Source: an uncultured Chloroflexia bacterium (GTDB lineage: Bacteria; Chloroflexota; Limnocylindria; Limnocylindrales; CSP1-4). From it: 64,000 bases of DNA. This document shows positions 10,853 to 19,711 of this stretch, piece after piece. The stretch lies in assembly GCA_963844945.1 (NCBI GenBank), contig CAWJQZ010000002.1:2123-66122 (forward strand), given 5' to 3'. Below the pieces are notes generated by a model. The model made no database searches, had not been told where the DNA came from, and saw only the letters and a program-made list of their open reading frames with translations. Made by a program: the position numbers and the translations under genes. Numbering within the stretch: the stretch's first letter is position 1; every line of letters begins with the position of its first letter.

Positions 10853-12376
10853 ATGACCATCGTCCTCGACGGCACGTCGCTCACCCTCGAGAAGCTCGCC
10901 GCGGTCGCGCGCGACGGGGAGCGCGTGGAGCTGGATCCGGGCGCGCTCTCCCGCATCGCCGCCAACCGCGCGATGCTCGAGGAGAAGATCGCCGCCCACG
11001 AGATCATGTACGGCATCAACACGGGGATCGGCGAGTTCTCCGAGGTGGTGCTCACCGACGAGCAGGTCGCGCAGTTCCAGCGCTACCTCATCTACAACCA
11101 CGCGGCGGGCATCGGCGACCCCGCGCCCATCCCCACGGTCCGTGCCGCCATGACCGGCCGGATCAACGTCCAGGCGCACGGCAACTCGGGCTGCCGGCCG
11201 GTCATCACGCAGACGCTCGTCGAGATGCTCAACCGGGGCGTCACGCCGGTGGTCTGCCAGCGCGGGTCGGTCGGCGCGTCCGGCGACCTCGCGCCGATGG
11301 CGCAGGTCGCACTCCTCCTCATGGGCGAGGGCGAGGCCTGGTACCAGGGCGAGCGCCTGCACGGCGCCGAGGCGCTCCGGCGCGCGGGCATCACGCCCCC
11401 CGGCCTGGAGGCGCGCGACGGACTCTCGACGATCAACGGGTCCAACGTCCTCACCGCCATGAGCGCGCTCTCGCTCTGGGACATCGAGCGCCTGCTCAAG
11501 CAGGCCGAGATCGCCGCGGCGATGACGCTGGAGGCCCTCCTCGCGAACCTCAAGCCGTACGACACCCGGCTCCACCAGATGCGCGGCTTCCCGGGCGCGG
11601 TCCGCTCGGCGAAGGCGATCATGCAGATGCTCGAGGGCTCCGACCTGCGGACCGGGAAGATCCACACGAAGGTCCAGGACGCCTACTCGATGCGCTCCAC
11701 CCCGCAGGTGATCGGGGCCGCGCACGACGCGGTCGCGTGGGCGCGCAAGCAGGTCGAGACGGAGCTCAACGGGGTCGGGGACAACCCGATCTTCCTGACC
11801 GAGGAGAAGCTCACGCTCACCGGCGCGAACTTCCAGGGGACGCCGGTCGCGCTCCCGATGGACATGGTCGGCGCCGCCGTGACGACCGTCTGCGTCCTCT
11901 CCGAGCGCCGGCTCAACCGCCTGACGAACCCCGCCCTCTCGGTCGGCCTCCCCGCGTTCCTCACGAAGGGCGCCGGGATGTTCTCCGGGATGATGCTCAG
12001 CCAGTACACCGCCGACACGCTCATCGTGGAGCAGAAGCTCCTCTCCGCCCCGGCGTCGATCCAGTCGATCCCGGCCGCCGCGGACCAGGAGGACTTCGTC
12101 TCGATGGGGATGAACACGGCGATCAAGACCGAGCAGATCGTGGCGAACGGGTACGGCGTGATCGGCATCGAGATGATGGCGGCCGCCCAGGCGCTCGACT
12201 TCCGCGAGATGACCAGGGGCAAGGGCACGGACGCCGCGCACGCGGTGATCCGGCGCCACGTGGAGCACCTCGACACCGACCGGCCGCTCCACGTCGACCA
12301 CACCCGGATGCAGGAGCTCGTGAAGTCGCGCGAGGTCCTCGACGCGGTGGAGGCGGCGGTCGGGTCGCTCGGATAG
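10853..12376 (+). CDS. hutH: histidine ammonia-lyase
   Basis: MTIVLDGTSLTLEKLAAV..., MIO-forming triad in GSVGASGDLAPMA, 507 aa, in the hut neighbourhood. Confidence 0.9.
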   Translation: MTIVLDGTSLTLEKLAAVARDGERVELDPGALSRIAANRAMLEEKIAAHEIMYGINTGIGEFSEVVLTDEQVAQFQRYLIYNHAAGIGDPAPIPTVRAAMTGRINVQAHGNSGCRPVITQTLVEMLNRGVTPVVCQRGSVGASGDLAPMAQVALLLMGEGEAWYQGERLHGAEALRRAGITPPGLEARDGLSTINGSNVLTAMSALSLWDIERLLKQAEIAAAMTLEALLANLKPYDTRLHQMRGFPGAVRSAKAIMQMLEGSDLRTGKIHTKVQDAYSMRSTPQVIGAAHDAVAWARKQVETELNGVGDNPIFLTEEKLTLTGANFQGTPVALPMDMVGAAVTTVCVLSERRLNRLTNPALSVGLPAFLTKGAGMFSGMMLSQYTADTLIVEQKLLSAPASIQSIPAAADQEDFVSMGMNTAIKTEQIVANGYGVIGIEMMAAAQALDFREMTRGKGTDAAHAVIRRHVEHLDTDRPLHVDHTRMQELVKSREVLDAVEAAVGSLG

Positions 12377-12380
12377 CGAG

Positions 12381-12890
12381 ATGAGGACGGGGGTGCGGCG
12401 GATGACGGGCGGAGCGCGACCGGGTCGACCCGGGGATGGTCGCCGGCCCCCGGCAGGCCGGCGGTCGTCATCCCTCGAGCGGTGGGCCGGGTGGCTGACC
12501 GCCGTCGCGGTCGGCCTGGCCGTCTTCGGCGTCTTCATGTCGCTCTTCGGCGGGACGCCGCTCTTCGGCCCGATCGACTTCTTCTACGACCCGATCTTCT
12601 GGCCCGGCAGCGCGCCGGCGAACGTCACCGACTACCAGGGCTGGGTCTACGGCGTCTGGGGCGCGACGCTCGCGGGCTGGGGGATCGTCCTCGTCTTCGT
12701 CGCCCGCGGGCCCTTCGCGGCAGGCGAGGCGTGGGCGTGGCGGGCGATCGCGCTCGGCACGGCCGCCTGGTTCGTCCTCGACACCCTCGCCACCGTCATG
12801 CACGGCGTCCTGCCGAACCTCGTGGTGAACGTGGTCGTCGTCGTGCTCGTGGCGATCCCGCTCTGGGCGTCGCGGCGCGAGTTCCGGTAG
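12381..12890 (+). CDS. hypothetical membrane protein (about 4 TM)
   Basis: ORF begins 5 nt after the hutH stop. Hydrophobic segments WLTAVAVGLAVFGVF, GWGIVLVFVA, AIALGTAAWFVL, VVNVVVVVLVAI. No recognisable motif. Confidence 0.5.
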   Translation: MRTGVRRMTGGARPGRPGDGRRPPAGRRSSSLERWAGWLTAVAVGLAVFGVFMSLFGGTPLFGPIDFFYDPIFWPGSAPANVTDYQGWVYGVWGATLAGWGIVLVFVARGPFAAGEAWAWRAIALGTAAWFVLDTLATVMHGVLPNLVVNVVVVVLVAIPLWASRREFR

Positions 12891-12927
12891 GGAGGGGCGC
12901 CGGCCGTCGCCGCCGGCCGTGCGTGGG

Positions 12928-12960
12928 GACGCCCGAAGGACCGCCGGCCCTTCGGGCGTC
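12928..12960. terminator. bidirectional hairpin terminator candidate
   Basis: Perfect 12-bp arms GACGCCCGAAGG / CCTTCGGGCGTC with a 9-nt loop, between convergent genes. Confidence 0.5.
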
Positions 12961-12999
12961 GTTGCGTGCGCGACCGCCGCGGTCACGCGATCCGCGCGC

Positions 13000-13681
13000 T
13001 CAGTTGAGGCCGCCGACCTGGATCGCGATGAGGCTGTTGTCGTCGAGGACGGGGCCGTTGCTCGTGAACGCCGTCGAGCAGGCCACGGAGACGGTCGTGG
13101 TGCCCGAGAGCGTCGTCGTGGCCACCAGCGCATAGGGCGACCGCTGCGCGGCGTAGTTCGACGCGTCGATGTCCTGCGTGGCGCTCGCCCCGGGGGCGTT
13201 GATGGTGCACGTGGCGGAGTTGTTGATACCGAAGCGGTACTTCATCTGCCCGGCGGCCTGGAGGACGTAGGTCCCGGCCGGCAGCGTCAGGCTCGTGACG
13301 GTCGTCGGGAAGACGCTCACGCCGGCGACCACGGTGACGCTGGTGCTCGTCGTGGACCACGCGTGGGCCGCGCCCGCCGCTCCGGTGGGTCCGATCGGGC
13401 CGGTGTCGCCGGTGGGGCCGGCCGGCCCCTGGATCCCCTGCGCGGCCGGTCGGTCCGGCGGGCCCGGTCGGGCCGGACGTGTTGAACCCGACGAGCTGGC
13501 CGCCGCCGGCGAGCTTGCACTGCGGGATCGTCGCCATCGCGACGGCGCCGCTCGTGTTGAAGCATGCGTAGAGCGTGGGCGGGTTGCTCCCGGCGACGAC
13601 CGAGCCGGCCGCGACGGCGACGAGCACGAACGCCGCGGCGCCGACGATGGGAGCCCGGATGCGCAGGTGGGACGCAGACAT
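13000..13681 (-). pseudogene. secreted collagen-like protein, paralog 1 (head class C), 1-nt frameshift
   Basis: AAGGAG RBS. MSASHLRIRAPIVGAAAFVLVAVAAG signal, NPPTLYACFNTSGAVAMATIPQCKLAGGGQLV module, then Gly-X-Y repeats broken by one extra nt at ~13444-13447. Removing it gives 12 perfect triplets. The C-terminal head ends NSLIAIQVGGLN. Confidence 0.7.
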
Positions 13682-13702
13682 CGGAGACGCTCCTTGTGCG
13701 GG

Positions 13703-13767
13703 GCGTCCCGCATCCACCGGCGGGACGCGATCCGCTGACTGTCGTCCCGTCGCGGGGGACGCGTCAA
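13703..13767 (-). promoter_or_regulatory. paralog-1 leader: TTGACG -35-like hexamer plus CGTCCCGC/GCGGGACG palindrome
   Basis: Minus-sense TTGACG (13762-13767), then 32 nt, then a 9-bp-arm inverted repeat (13703-13728). The repeat ends 21 nt before the ATG codon (13679-13681). Confidence 0.45.
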
Positions 13768-13832
13768 CGACCCGGTGGGGTAGGCGAGGGGCCCGCCACG
13801 GACCGCCGCGCACAGGCCGGGGCCGGGAGTGC

Positions 13833-13862
13833 CATGCATCTTCATGCACCCTATTCATGCAT
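13833..13862. repeat. three CATGCA repeats (two are ATGCAT palindromes) in an AT-richer patch
   Basis: CATGCA at 13833, 13843 and 13856, 75-105 nt upstream of the ABC operon start. Operator-like. Confidence 0.35.
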
Positions 13863-13879
13863 GGACTCGCGCATCCCAC

Positions 13880-13920
13880 GCTCCTCGGGTACCCTGTGCG
13901 GACCCCGAGCCCCGAGGAGC
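13880..13920 (+). promoter_or_regulatory. leader stem-loop upstream of the ABC operon
   Basis: Perfect 10-bp stem GCTCCTCGGG / CCCGAGGAGC with a 21-nt loop. The loop holds an alternative CCCGAG partner. The stem ends 6 nt before the GAGGAGGAG RBS. Confidence 0.4.
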
Positions 13921-13938
13921 GTCCTGAGGAGGAGCCCC

Positions 13939-15000
13939 ATGTCCACGACCACCCGGCCGGCCGGACGCCGGCTCGCAGCGATCGCCGCGTTCGCCGGCTC
14001 GATCGCCATCCTCGCCGCCGCCTGCTCGAGCAGCGCGACGCCCGCCCCGTCCGCCGCGGCCACCACCGCCCCGGCCGAGAGCGCTGCGGCAGCCGCCTGC
14101 ACCCCCGAGGCCGGCACCTTCCGGATGGGCACCGAGCCCTGGCTCGGCTACGGCCCCTGGTGGGTCGCCGACGCGAAGGGGATGTTCAAGGACAACGGCC
14201 TCGACGTGAAGGTCAGCTCCTTCACGACCGACGATGAGATCAACGCGGCGCTCACCGCCGGCCAGATCGACGGCGCGAACGTCGCGACGCACACCGCCCT
14301 CCGGCTGCTCCAGCAGGGGACCCCGCTCGTGGCGGTCCTCGTGCTCGACCAGTCGAACACCGCCGACGCCGTCCTCGCCGCCGCGCCGGTCACCTCGGTG
14401 AAGGACCTCAAGGGCAAGAAGGTCGCGTACGAGGAGGGGACGACCTCCGACATCCTCCTGCGGTACGCCCTCTCGCAGAACGGCATGACGATCGACGACA
14501 TCGTCAAGGTCCCCACGTCCGCCGCCGACGCCGGCACCACCGCCATCGCCAAGCGCGTGGACGCGGCCGTCACATACGAGCCGTACCTCACCGCCGCGAT
14601 GCAGCAGGACCCGTCCTTCAAGCTCATCTACACGGCCGATCAGAAGCCGGGCCTCATCTCGGACGTCTTCGTGGTCCGCAAGGACGCCGTGGACAAGGTC
14701 CCGTGCCAGATCCAGACGCTCATCAAGACCTGGGGCGACGCGACCGCGTACTACAACAGCAACGGCGACGACGCGAAGACGATCATCGCGAAGGCCGTCG
14801 GCGCAACGCCCGAGGACCTCAAGACCGCGTTCGACGGCGTGAAGATCTACACCGTCGCCGAGGCGAAGGACCTGATGACCGGCGCGTTCCCGCAGACGGT
14901 CAAGGACATCCAGCAGATCGCCGTGGACGCCGGGATCATGAAGGCCCCGATCGACACGACCACGCTCCTCGACCTCCAGTTCATCCAGAAGGCCCAGTAG
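13939..15000 (+). CDS. ABC transporter substrate-binding lipoprotein (NMT1/THI5-like, NitT/TauT family)
   Basis: ATG 13939 follows GAGGAGGAG. Lipobox AILAAAC. SsuA/NMT1-like body. Confidence 0.75.
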   Translation: MSTTTRPAGRRLAAIAAFAGSIAILAAACSSSATPAPSAAATTAPAESAAAAACTPEAGTFRMGTEPWLGYGPWWVADAKGMFKDNGLDVKVSSFTTDDEINAALTAGQIDGANVATHTALRLLQQGTPLVAVLVLDQSNTADAVLAAAPVTSVKDLKGKKVAYEEGTTSDILLRYALSQNGMTIDDIVKVPTSAADAGTTAIAKRVDAAVTYEPYLTAAMQQDPSFKLIYTADQKPGLISDVFVVRKDAVDKVPCQIQTLIKTWGDATAYYNSNGDDAKTIIAKAVGATPEDLKTAFDGVKIYTVAEAKDLMTGAFPQTVKDIQQIAVDAGIMKAPIDTTTLLDLQFIQKAQ

Positions 15001-15061
15001 GGCCCAGGCCCCCGAAGGCGTCGTCGGGCCGCGCCCCGCGCGACGACGCCGGGGAGACCCC

Positions 15062-15949
15062 ATGACCGCGACGGCGCAGGACCGACCGACCGGCGGCGGA
15101 GGGAGCCTTCCGGCCTCCTCCGCGCCCGGCCCTGCTCCCGCCCAGGCCCCCAGGCGCCGGCGCCGCCACGAATCGCTGCGCATCGGCGGCGGCATCTCGC
15201 CGCGCGTCTACATCGGGGTCGCGGCCTTCTCGTTCCTCCTCCTGTTCGTCGTCTGGGTCGTCATCACCGCGTCCGGCCTCGTCTCGCACCTCTTCCTCCC
15301 GTCGCCCGCGGAGGTGGTCGACCGTCTCTGGCAGCTCGCGACCGACGGGACCCTCTGGTCGGACATCGCCGTCTCGGTCTCGCGGATCGCCGTCGGCTTC
15401 ATCCTCGCGACCGTCATCGCGATCCCGCTCGGCATCCTCATCGGGACGTACTCGTTCTGGGAGGCGGCGATCGAGCCGATGGTGGACTTCGTCCGCTACA
15501 TGCCGGTCGTCGGCTTCATCCCGCTCACGATCATCTGGATCGGGATCGACGACAGCCAGAAGTGGGCGATCATCTTCATCGGGACCTTCTTCCAGGAGGT
15601 CCTGCTCGTGATGGACAACGTCAAGCGCGTCCCGCGCGATCTCGTGGAGATCGGCTACACGCTCGGCGAGCGCGACCGGTCGATCCTGCGGCGGATCATC
15701 CTGCCGTCCGCGTCGCCCGGGATCTGGGACACGCTCCGGATCAGCCTCGGCTGGGCGTGGACGTGGATCGTGCTCGCGGAGCTCGTCGCGGCCGGCTCCG
15801 GGCTGGGCTACCGGATCACCACCGCGCAGCGGTACTTCCAGACCGAGACGATCATCGGCTACCTGATCGTGCTCGGGATCCTGGGCCTCGTGACCGACCA
15901 GGTGATGAAGTTCGCCGGGCGGCGGATGTTCCCGTGGGCGGAACGATGA
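15062..15949 (+). CDS. ABC transporter permease (NitT/TauT family)
   Basis: 295 aa, 6 TM-like segments, and an EAA-like loop ...LGERDRSILRRIILPSASPGIWD... Confidence 0.8.
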   Translation: MTATAQDRPTGGGGSLPASSAPGPAPAQAPRRRRRHESLRIGGGISPRVYIGVAAFSFLLLFVVWVVITASGLVSHLFLPSPAEVVDRLWQLATDGTLWSDIAVSVSRIAVGFILATVIAIPLGILIGTYSFWEAAIEPMVDFVRYMPVVGFIPLTIIWIGIDDSQKWAIIFIGTFFQEVLLVMDNVKRVPRDLVEIGYTLGERDRSILRRIILPSASPGIWDTLRISLGWAWTWIVLAELVAAGSGLGYRITTAQRYFQTETIIGYLIVLGILGLVTDQVMKFAGRRMFPWAER

Positions 15950-16788
15950 GCGGGACGCCCGACGGCGCCGGCCCGACGGAGCGCCTTACCGCCGCCTCGC
16001 GCCTCGACATCCGCGACGTCCGCAAGACGTTCGAGGGGAAGAAGCCGGTCGAGGCTCTCGGCGGCGTCTCGATGGCGCTCGCGGCGAACGAGTTCGTCTC
16101 GCTCGTCGGCACGTCGGGCTGCGGCAAGTCCACCCTCCTCTCGATCGTCGCCGGCCTCGCGGACCCCACCGCCGGCGACGTCCTGGTGGACGGCGCCTCG
16201 ATCGACGGCCCGGGTCGCGACCGCGGCGTGGTCTTCCAGACCTACACGCTCTTCCCGTGGCTCACCGCGCGCGAGAACGTGGCGTTCGCCCTGCGCGGCG
16301 AGAAGATGAGCGCGAAGGAACGCCGCGAGGTCGCGGACGAGCACCTCTCGCTCGTCGGCCTGGAGTCCTTCGCCGACGCCTACCCGCGCCAGCTCTCGGG
16401 CGGGATGAAACAGCGCGTCGCGATCGCGCGCGCCCTCTCGTACAAGCCCTCGATCCTCCTCATGGACGAGCCGTTCGGCGCCCTCGACGCACAGACGCGC
16501 CTCCTCATGCAGGAGCTGCTCACGCGGGTCTGGGAGTCGCACCGCCTCACCGTCCTCTTCGTCACGCACGACGTGGAGGAGGCCGTCTACCTCTCCGATC
16601 GGGTCTTCGTCATGACGAACCGGCCGGGCCGGCTCAAGGACGAGGTCCGGATCGACCTCCCGCGACCCCGGACGATCGAGCTGCAGGAGACATCCGAGTT
16701 CCTCGAGCTCCGCCGGAGCATCCTCGCGTCGATCCGCGAGGAGTCGCTGCGCGCCGAGCCGGGGATCGAGGAAGAGCTCCGGGCGTGA
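15946..16788 (+). CDS. ABC transporter ATP-binding protein
   Basis: ATGA overlap with the permease stop. Walker [13 protein letters not shown], signature [15 protein letters not shown], Walker B ILLMDEP. Confidence 0.9.
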   Translation: MSGTPDGAGPTERLTAASRLDIRDVRKTFEGKKPVEALGGVSMALAANEFVSLVGTSGCGKSTLLSIVAGLADPTAGDVLVDGASIDGPGRDRGVVFQTYTLFPWLTARENVAFALRGEKMSAKERREVADEHLSLVGLESFADAYPRQLSGGMKQRVAIARALSYKPSILLMDEPFGALDAQTRLLMQELLTRVWESHRLTVLFVTHDVEEAVYLSDRVFVMTNRPGRLKDEVRIDLPRPRTIELQETSEFLELRRSILASIREESLRAEPGIEEELRA

Positions 16789-16852
16789 GCGGCACGGCCG
16801 CCGCGGCCGGGACGACGTCGCGGGTCGGCGTCGCCCGCGCCGCCCGCGTCCG

Positions 16853-18022
16853 ATGACGCGCCCCTTCCTCGAGACCGTCCTGGGCCCCGTGGCGGCCGAC
16901 GAGCTCGGCTACACCCTCGTCCACGAGCACCTGCGGATCGACCTCTGGCCGTGGTTCGACGCGCCCGGGGCGGATGCGTCGGCCGCCGAGCGTGCGCTGG
17001 CCGACCTTGTCGTGACGGACGACCCCGTCACGATGGAGGCCGTCCGCGCGAACCCGTTCGCCGTCCGCGACAACCTCGTCCTCGACGACGCGCGCCTCGC
17101 CGCGGGCGAGCTCGCGCGGTTCGCGGAGGCGGGCGGCCGCACCGTCGTGGACCTGACGATCGACGAGATCGGCCGGGACCCGGGCTTCCTCCGGGACGTC
17201 GCGCTCCGCACCGGCCTGAACATCGTCATGGGGTGCGGGCACTACGTGGGTCGCGCGCACCCGGCGGCCGTCGCGGACGCGCCCGAGGAGGCGCTGCGCG
17301 ACGAGATGATCCGCGACCTCACGGAGGGGGTGCCCGTGGGGCCGGCGATGGAGGGCCGCGTGGCTGCCACGGCACCGGGCGCAGGCACGGCCGCCGGCGC
17401 GGCCGCAGGCGCGGGGACGGCCTCGGGCGCCACCACGGCCCCCGCCCCGCCCGCCGAGCTCGTCCGTGCCGGGGTCATCGGCGAGATCGGCACCTCCGAC
17501 CCGATCACGCCGCGCGAGGAGAAGGTCCTCCGCGCCGCCTGCGCCGCCCAGCGCGCGACCGGCCGCACCATGTTCGTCCACCTCGACCCGTGGGGCCGTG
17601 CCGGCCACGCCGTCCTCGACCTCTGCGAGTCGGCCGGCGTGGACCTGCGGCGCGTCGTCCTCGCGCACCTCGACCCGAGCCTCCCGGACGGCGCGTACCA
17701 CCGGTCCCTCGCCCGGCGCGGCGCCTGGGTGAGCTACGACATCTGGGGCGACGAGGACGCCTACGGCGTGCGCGGGATGCCCACGGACGACATGCGGATC
17801 GCCGGCGTGCTCATGGCGCACCTCGACGGCTGGGAGGACCGGCTCCTCCTCGCCCAGGACGTCTGCCTGAAGAGCCAGCTCCGCGCGTTCGGCGGGGGCG
17901 GATACGACCATCTCCTCACCGACATCCCGCCCCGCCTCGAGGCCGCCGGGCTCGACCCACTGGAGGTCGAGGCCCTGCTCGTGGACAATCCGAGGCGCGC
18001 CCTCACCGGCACCGACCTCTGA
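16853..18022 (+). CDS. phosphotriesterase-family (PTE/PHP-like) amidohydrolase
   Basis: GYTLVHEHLRIDL metal motif and a TIM-barrel PTE-like body. Contains an Ala/Gly-rich low-complexity insert of about 40 aa (VAATAPGAGTAAGAAAGAGTASGATTAPAPP). Confidence 0.7.
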   Translation: MTRPFLETVLGPVAADELGYTLVHEHLRIDLWPWFDAPGADASAAERALADLVVTDDPVTMEAVRANPFAVRDNLVLDDARLAAGELARFAEAGGRTVVDLTIDEIGRDPGFLRDVALRTGLNIVMGCGHYVGRAHPAAVADAPEEALRDEMIRDLTEGVPVGPAMEGRVAATAPGAGTAAGAAAGAGTASGATTAPAPPAELVRAGVIGEIGTSDPITPREEKVLRAACAAQRATGRTMFVHLDPWGRAGHAVLDLCESAGVDLRRVVLAHLDPSLPDGAYHRSLARRGAWVSYDIWGDEDAYGVRGMPTDDMRIAGVLMAHLDGWEDRLLLAQDVCLKSQLRAFGGGGYDHLLTDIPPRLEAAGLDPLEVEALLVDNPRRALTGTDL

Positions 18023-18122
18023 CGCAGCGCCCGACGGCAGCGGCAGGCGCGACCGCGCCGCCGCCGGGCACGCACGACGCCCAGGCACGCGCCCGACCCG
18101 CCATCAGCCCGAAGGAGCCCCG

Positions 18123-18776
18123 ATGAAGGACCCGATGAACGAGTACCGCGGGATGCGGGTCACCGTCGCGGACGGCGTCGCCGAGGTCGCGCGGGTCACG
18201 CGCGAGGCCGAGGTGAAGGTGTCGATCTCGCGCGGCGCGCGGCGGGAGCCGGACCTCGCCACCGGCCTCGCGTTCTTCGATCACATGCTCGAGATGATCG
18301 CGTGGCACGCCGGCCTCAACCTCGACGTGACCTTCGCGAAGAAGACCTACGCGCTCCGGCACGTCGTCACCGAGGACATCGGGATGGCGTTCGGCCTGGG
18401 GATCAACGCGCTCCTGCGCGAGGCGATGGCGGCGGGCGTGGAGGGGGCGGCGGCGGCGTCGATGGCGATGGACGAGGCGTTCGCGACCGCGGCGCTCTCG
18501 TTCGAGGGGCGCTCCATGCACTTCATCGACCGCGACTCGCCCGGCTCGCAGCTCGAGTGGGTCGAGGACATGCTCGGCGCGGACATGGTCGCCTTCTACG
18601 AGGGCTTCGCCCAGGGTGCGCGCTGCACGCTCCGCCTCCGGGTGAGCGAGGGGAAGGACCCGCACCACAGCTGGGAGGCCGCCGCGCGGGCGTTCGCCGT
18701 GGCGCTGCGGCACTGCTTCGACCCGATGCCGTTCCGCGCCGGACTCACGGCAGGCGTGAAGGGGACGCTCGACTGA
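18123..18776 (+). CDS. imidazoleglycerol-phosphate dehydratase family protein (divergent)
   Basis: IGPD motifs are recognisable: LAFFDHMLEMIAWHAG, HVVTEDIGMAFG, DPHHSWEAAARAFAVAL. The first DxHH-type motif reads LRHVV here. Confidence 0.65.
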   Translation: MKDPMNEYRGMRVTVADGVAEVARVTREAEVKVSISRGARREPDLATGLAFFDHMLEMIAWHAGLNLDVTFAKKTYALRHVVTEDIGMAFGLGINALLREAMAAGVEGAAAASMAMDEAFATAALSFEGRSMHFIDRDSPGSQLEWVEDMLGADMVAFYEGFAQGARCTLRLRVSEGKDPHHSWEAAARAFAVALRHCFDPMPFRAGLTAGVKGTLD

Positions 18777-19675
18777 TGTCGGACTGGGACGAGCTTCGGG
18801 AGGACGGCCCGGGGACGGGCGCAGGCTCCAGGGCGGGAGAGGACGCCGGCGCGCCGGGATGGCCGGCCGGCCGCGGAGCGGCCGCCGGGGCGCGGTTCGT
18901 CGGGAAGACGGCGCTGATCACCGGCGGGTCGTCGGGGATCGGCCTCGCGACGGCCACGCGGCTCGTCGCCGAGGGCGCGTCGGTCGTCATCCTCGCGCGC
19001 GACCAGGGGCGGATCGGCGAGGCCGTGCTCGCGCTGCGAGAGGTCGCGGCCGTCACCGGCGAGCTGCTCGGCATCGACCCGCCGCGCGTCGAGGGCGCGT
19101 CCGTGGACGTCATGGACGAGGACGGCGTCCGCCTGGCCGCCGACGCGGCCGCGAAGCTCGGCGACCGACTGGACATCTGCATCGCCTCGGCGGGGATGGA
19201 CGGCGCCGCGGACGACGCGCTCGAGATCCCGGTCGAGGAGTTCCGCAAGGTCCTCGAGGTGAACGTGCTGGGGCTCTTCATCGCGGCACGGGCCGCCGCC
19301 GAGCGGATGGCGCTCGACCGGCTGGGCGGCGCGATCGTCCTCGTCGCGAGCGTCAACGGCCTGATCGCCGAGCCCGAGTTCGCCGACTACAACACGAGCA
19401 AGGGCGGCGCGGTGATGCTCGCGAAGTCGCTCGCGAAGGACTGGGCGGGCAGGGGGATCCGCGTCAACGCGATCTGCCCGGGCTACGTGGACACGCCGAT
19501 GACCGCGGCATACCTCGCCGACCCGCCGACCGCGGCGACCATCGTGGGGCGGATCCCGATGGGCCGCGTGGCGGACCCTTCGGAGATCGCCGCGGCGATC
19601 GCCTTCCTCGCCTCGGACGACGCGAGCTACGTCACCGGGACGGCGATGATCGTGGACGGGGGCTGGACGGCGTAG
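18776..19675 (+). CDS. short-chain dehydrogenase/reductase
   Basis: TGATG overlap with the previous stop. TGGSSGIG cofactor motif and YNTSK catalytic motif. The N-terminal 40 aa are low complexity, so the start is uncertain. Confidence 0.8.
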   Translation: MSDWDELREDGPGTGAGSRAGEDAGAPGWPAGRGAAAGARFVGKTALITGGSSGIGLATATRLVAEGASVVILARDQGRIGEAVLALREVAAVTGELLGIDPPRVEGASVDVMDEDGVRLAADAAAKLGDRLDICIASAGMDGAADDALEIPVEEFRKVLEVNVLGLFIAARAAAERMALDRLGGAIVLVASVNGLIAEPEFADYNTSKGGAVMLAKSLAKDWAGRGIRVNAICPGYVDTPMTAAYLADPPTAATIVGRIPMGRVADPSEIAAAIAFLASDDASYVTGTAMIVDGGWTA

Positions 19676-19681
19676 AGACGA

Positions 19682-19708
19682 GGGGGCCGCGCCCGCGGCG
19701 CGGCCCCC
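19682..19708. terminator. bidirectional hairpin terminator candidate
   Basis: Perfect 11-bp arms GGGGGCCGCGC / GCGCGGCCCCC with a 5-nt loop, 7 nt after the SDR stop. Confidence 0.55.
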
Positions 19709-19711
19709 TGC

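Noticed and set aside
7864-12384. Very long ORFs in the track: the 1506-aa ORF at 7864..12384 +, and also 9671..12538 -, 280..2085 -, 765..2633 +, 2368..4611 +, 2528..4660 -, 28218..30638 + and 38427..41075 - beyond the dinB part.
   Set aside because: Their translations are Arg/Pro/Gly/Asp-rich with no motifs. They lie antisense to, or out of frame with, clearly recognisable genes. Stop-poor alternative frames are expected at about 70% GC.
13863-13938. TPP riboswitch upstream of the NMT1/THI5-like binding protein.
   Set aside because: No CUGAGA or ACCUGAUCUGGAUAAUGCCAGCG-like elements. Only a simple stem-loop, which is reported separately.
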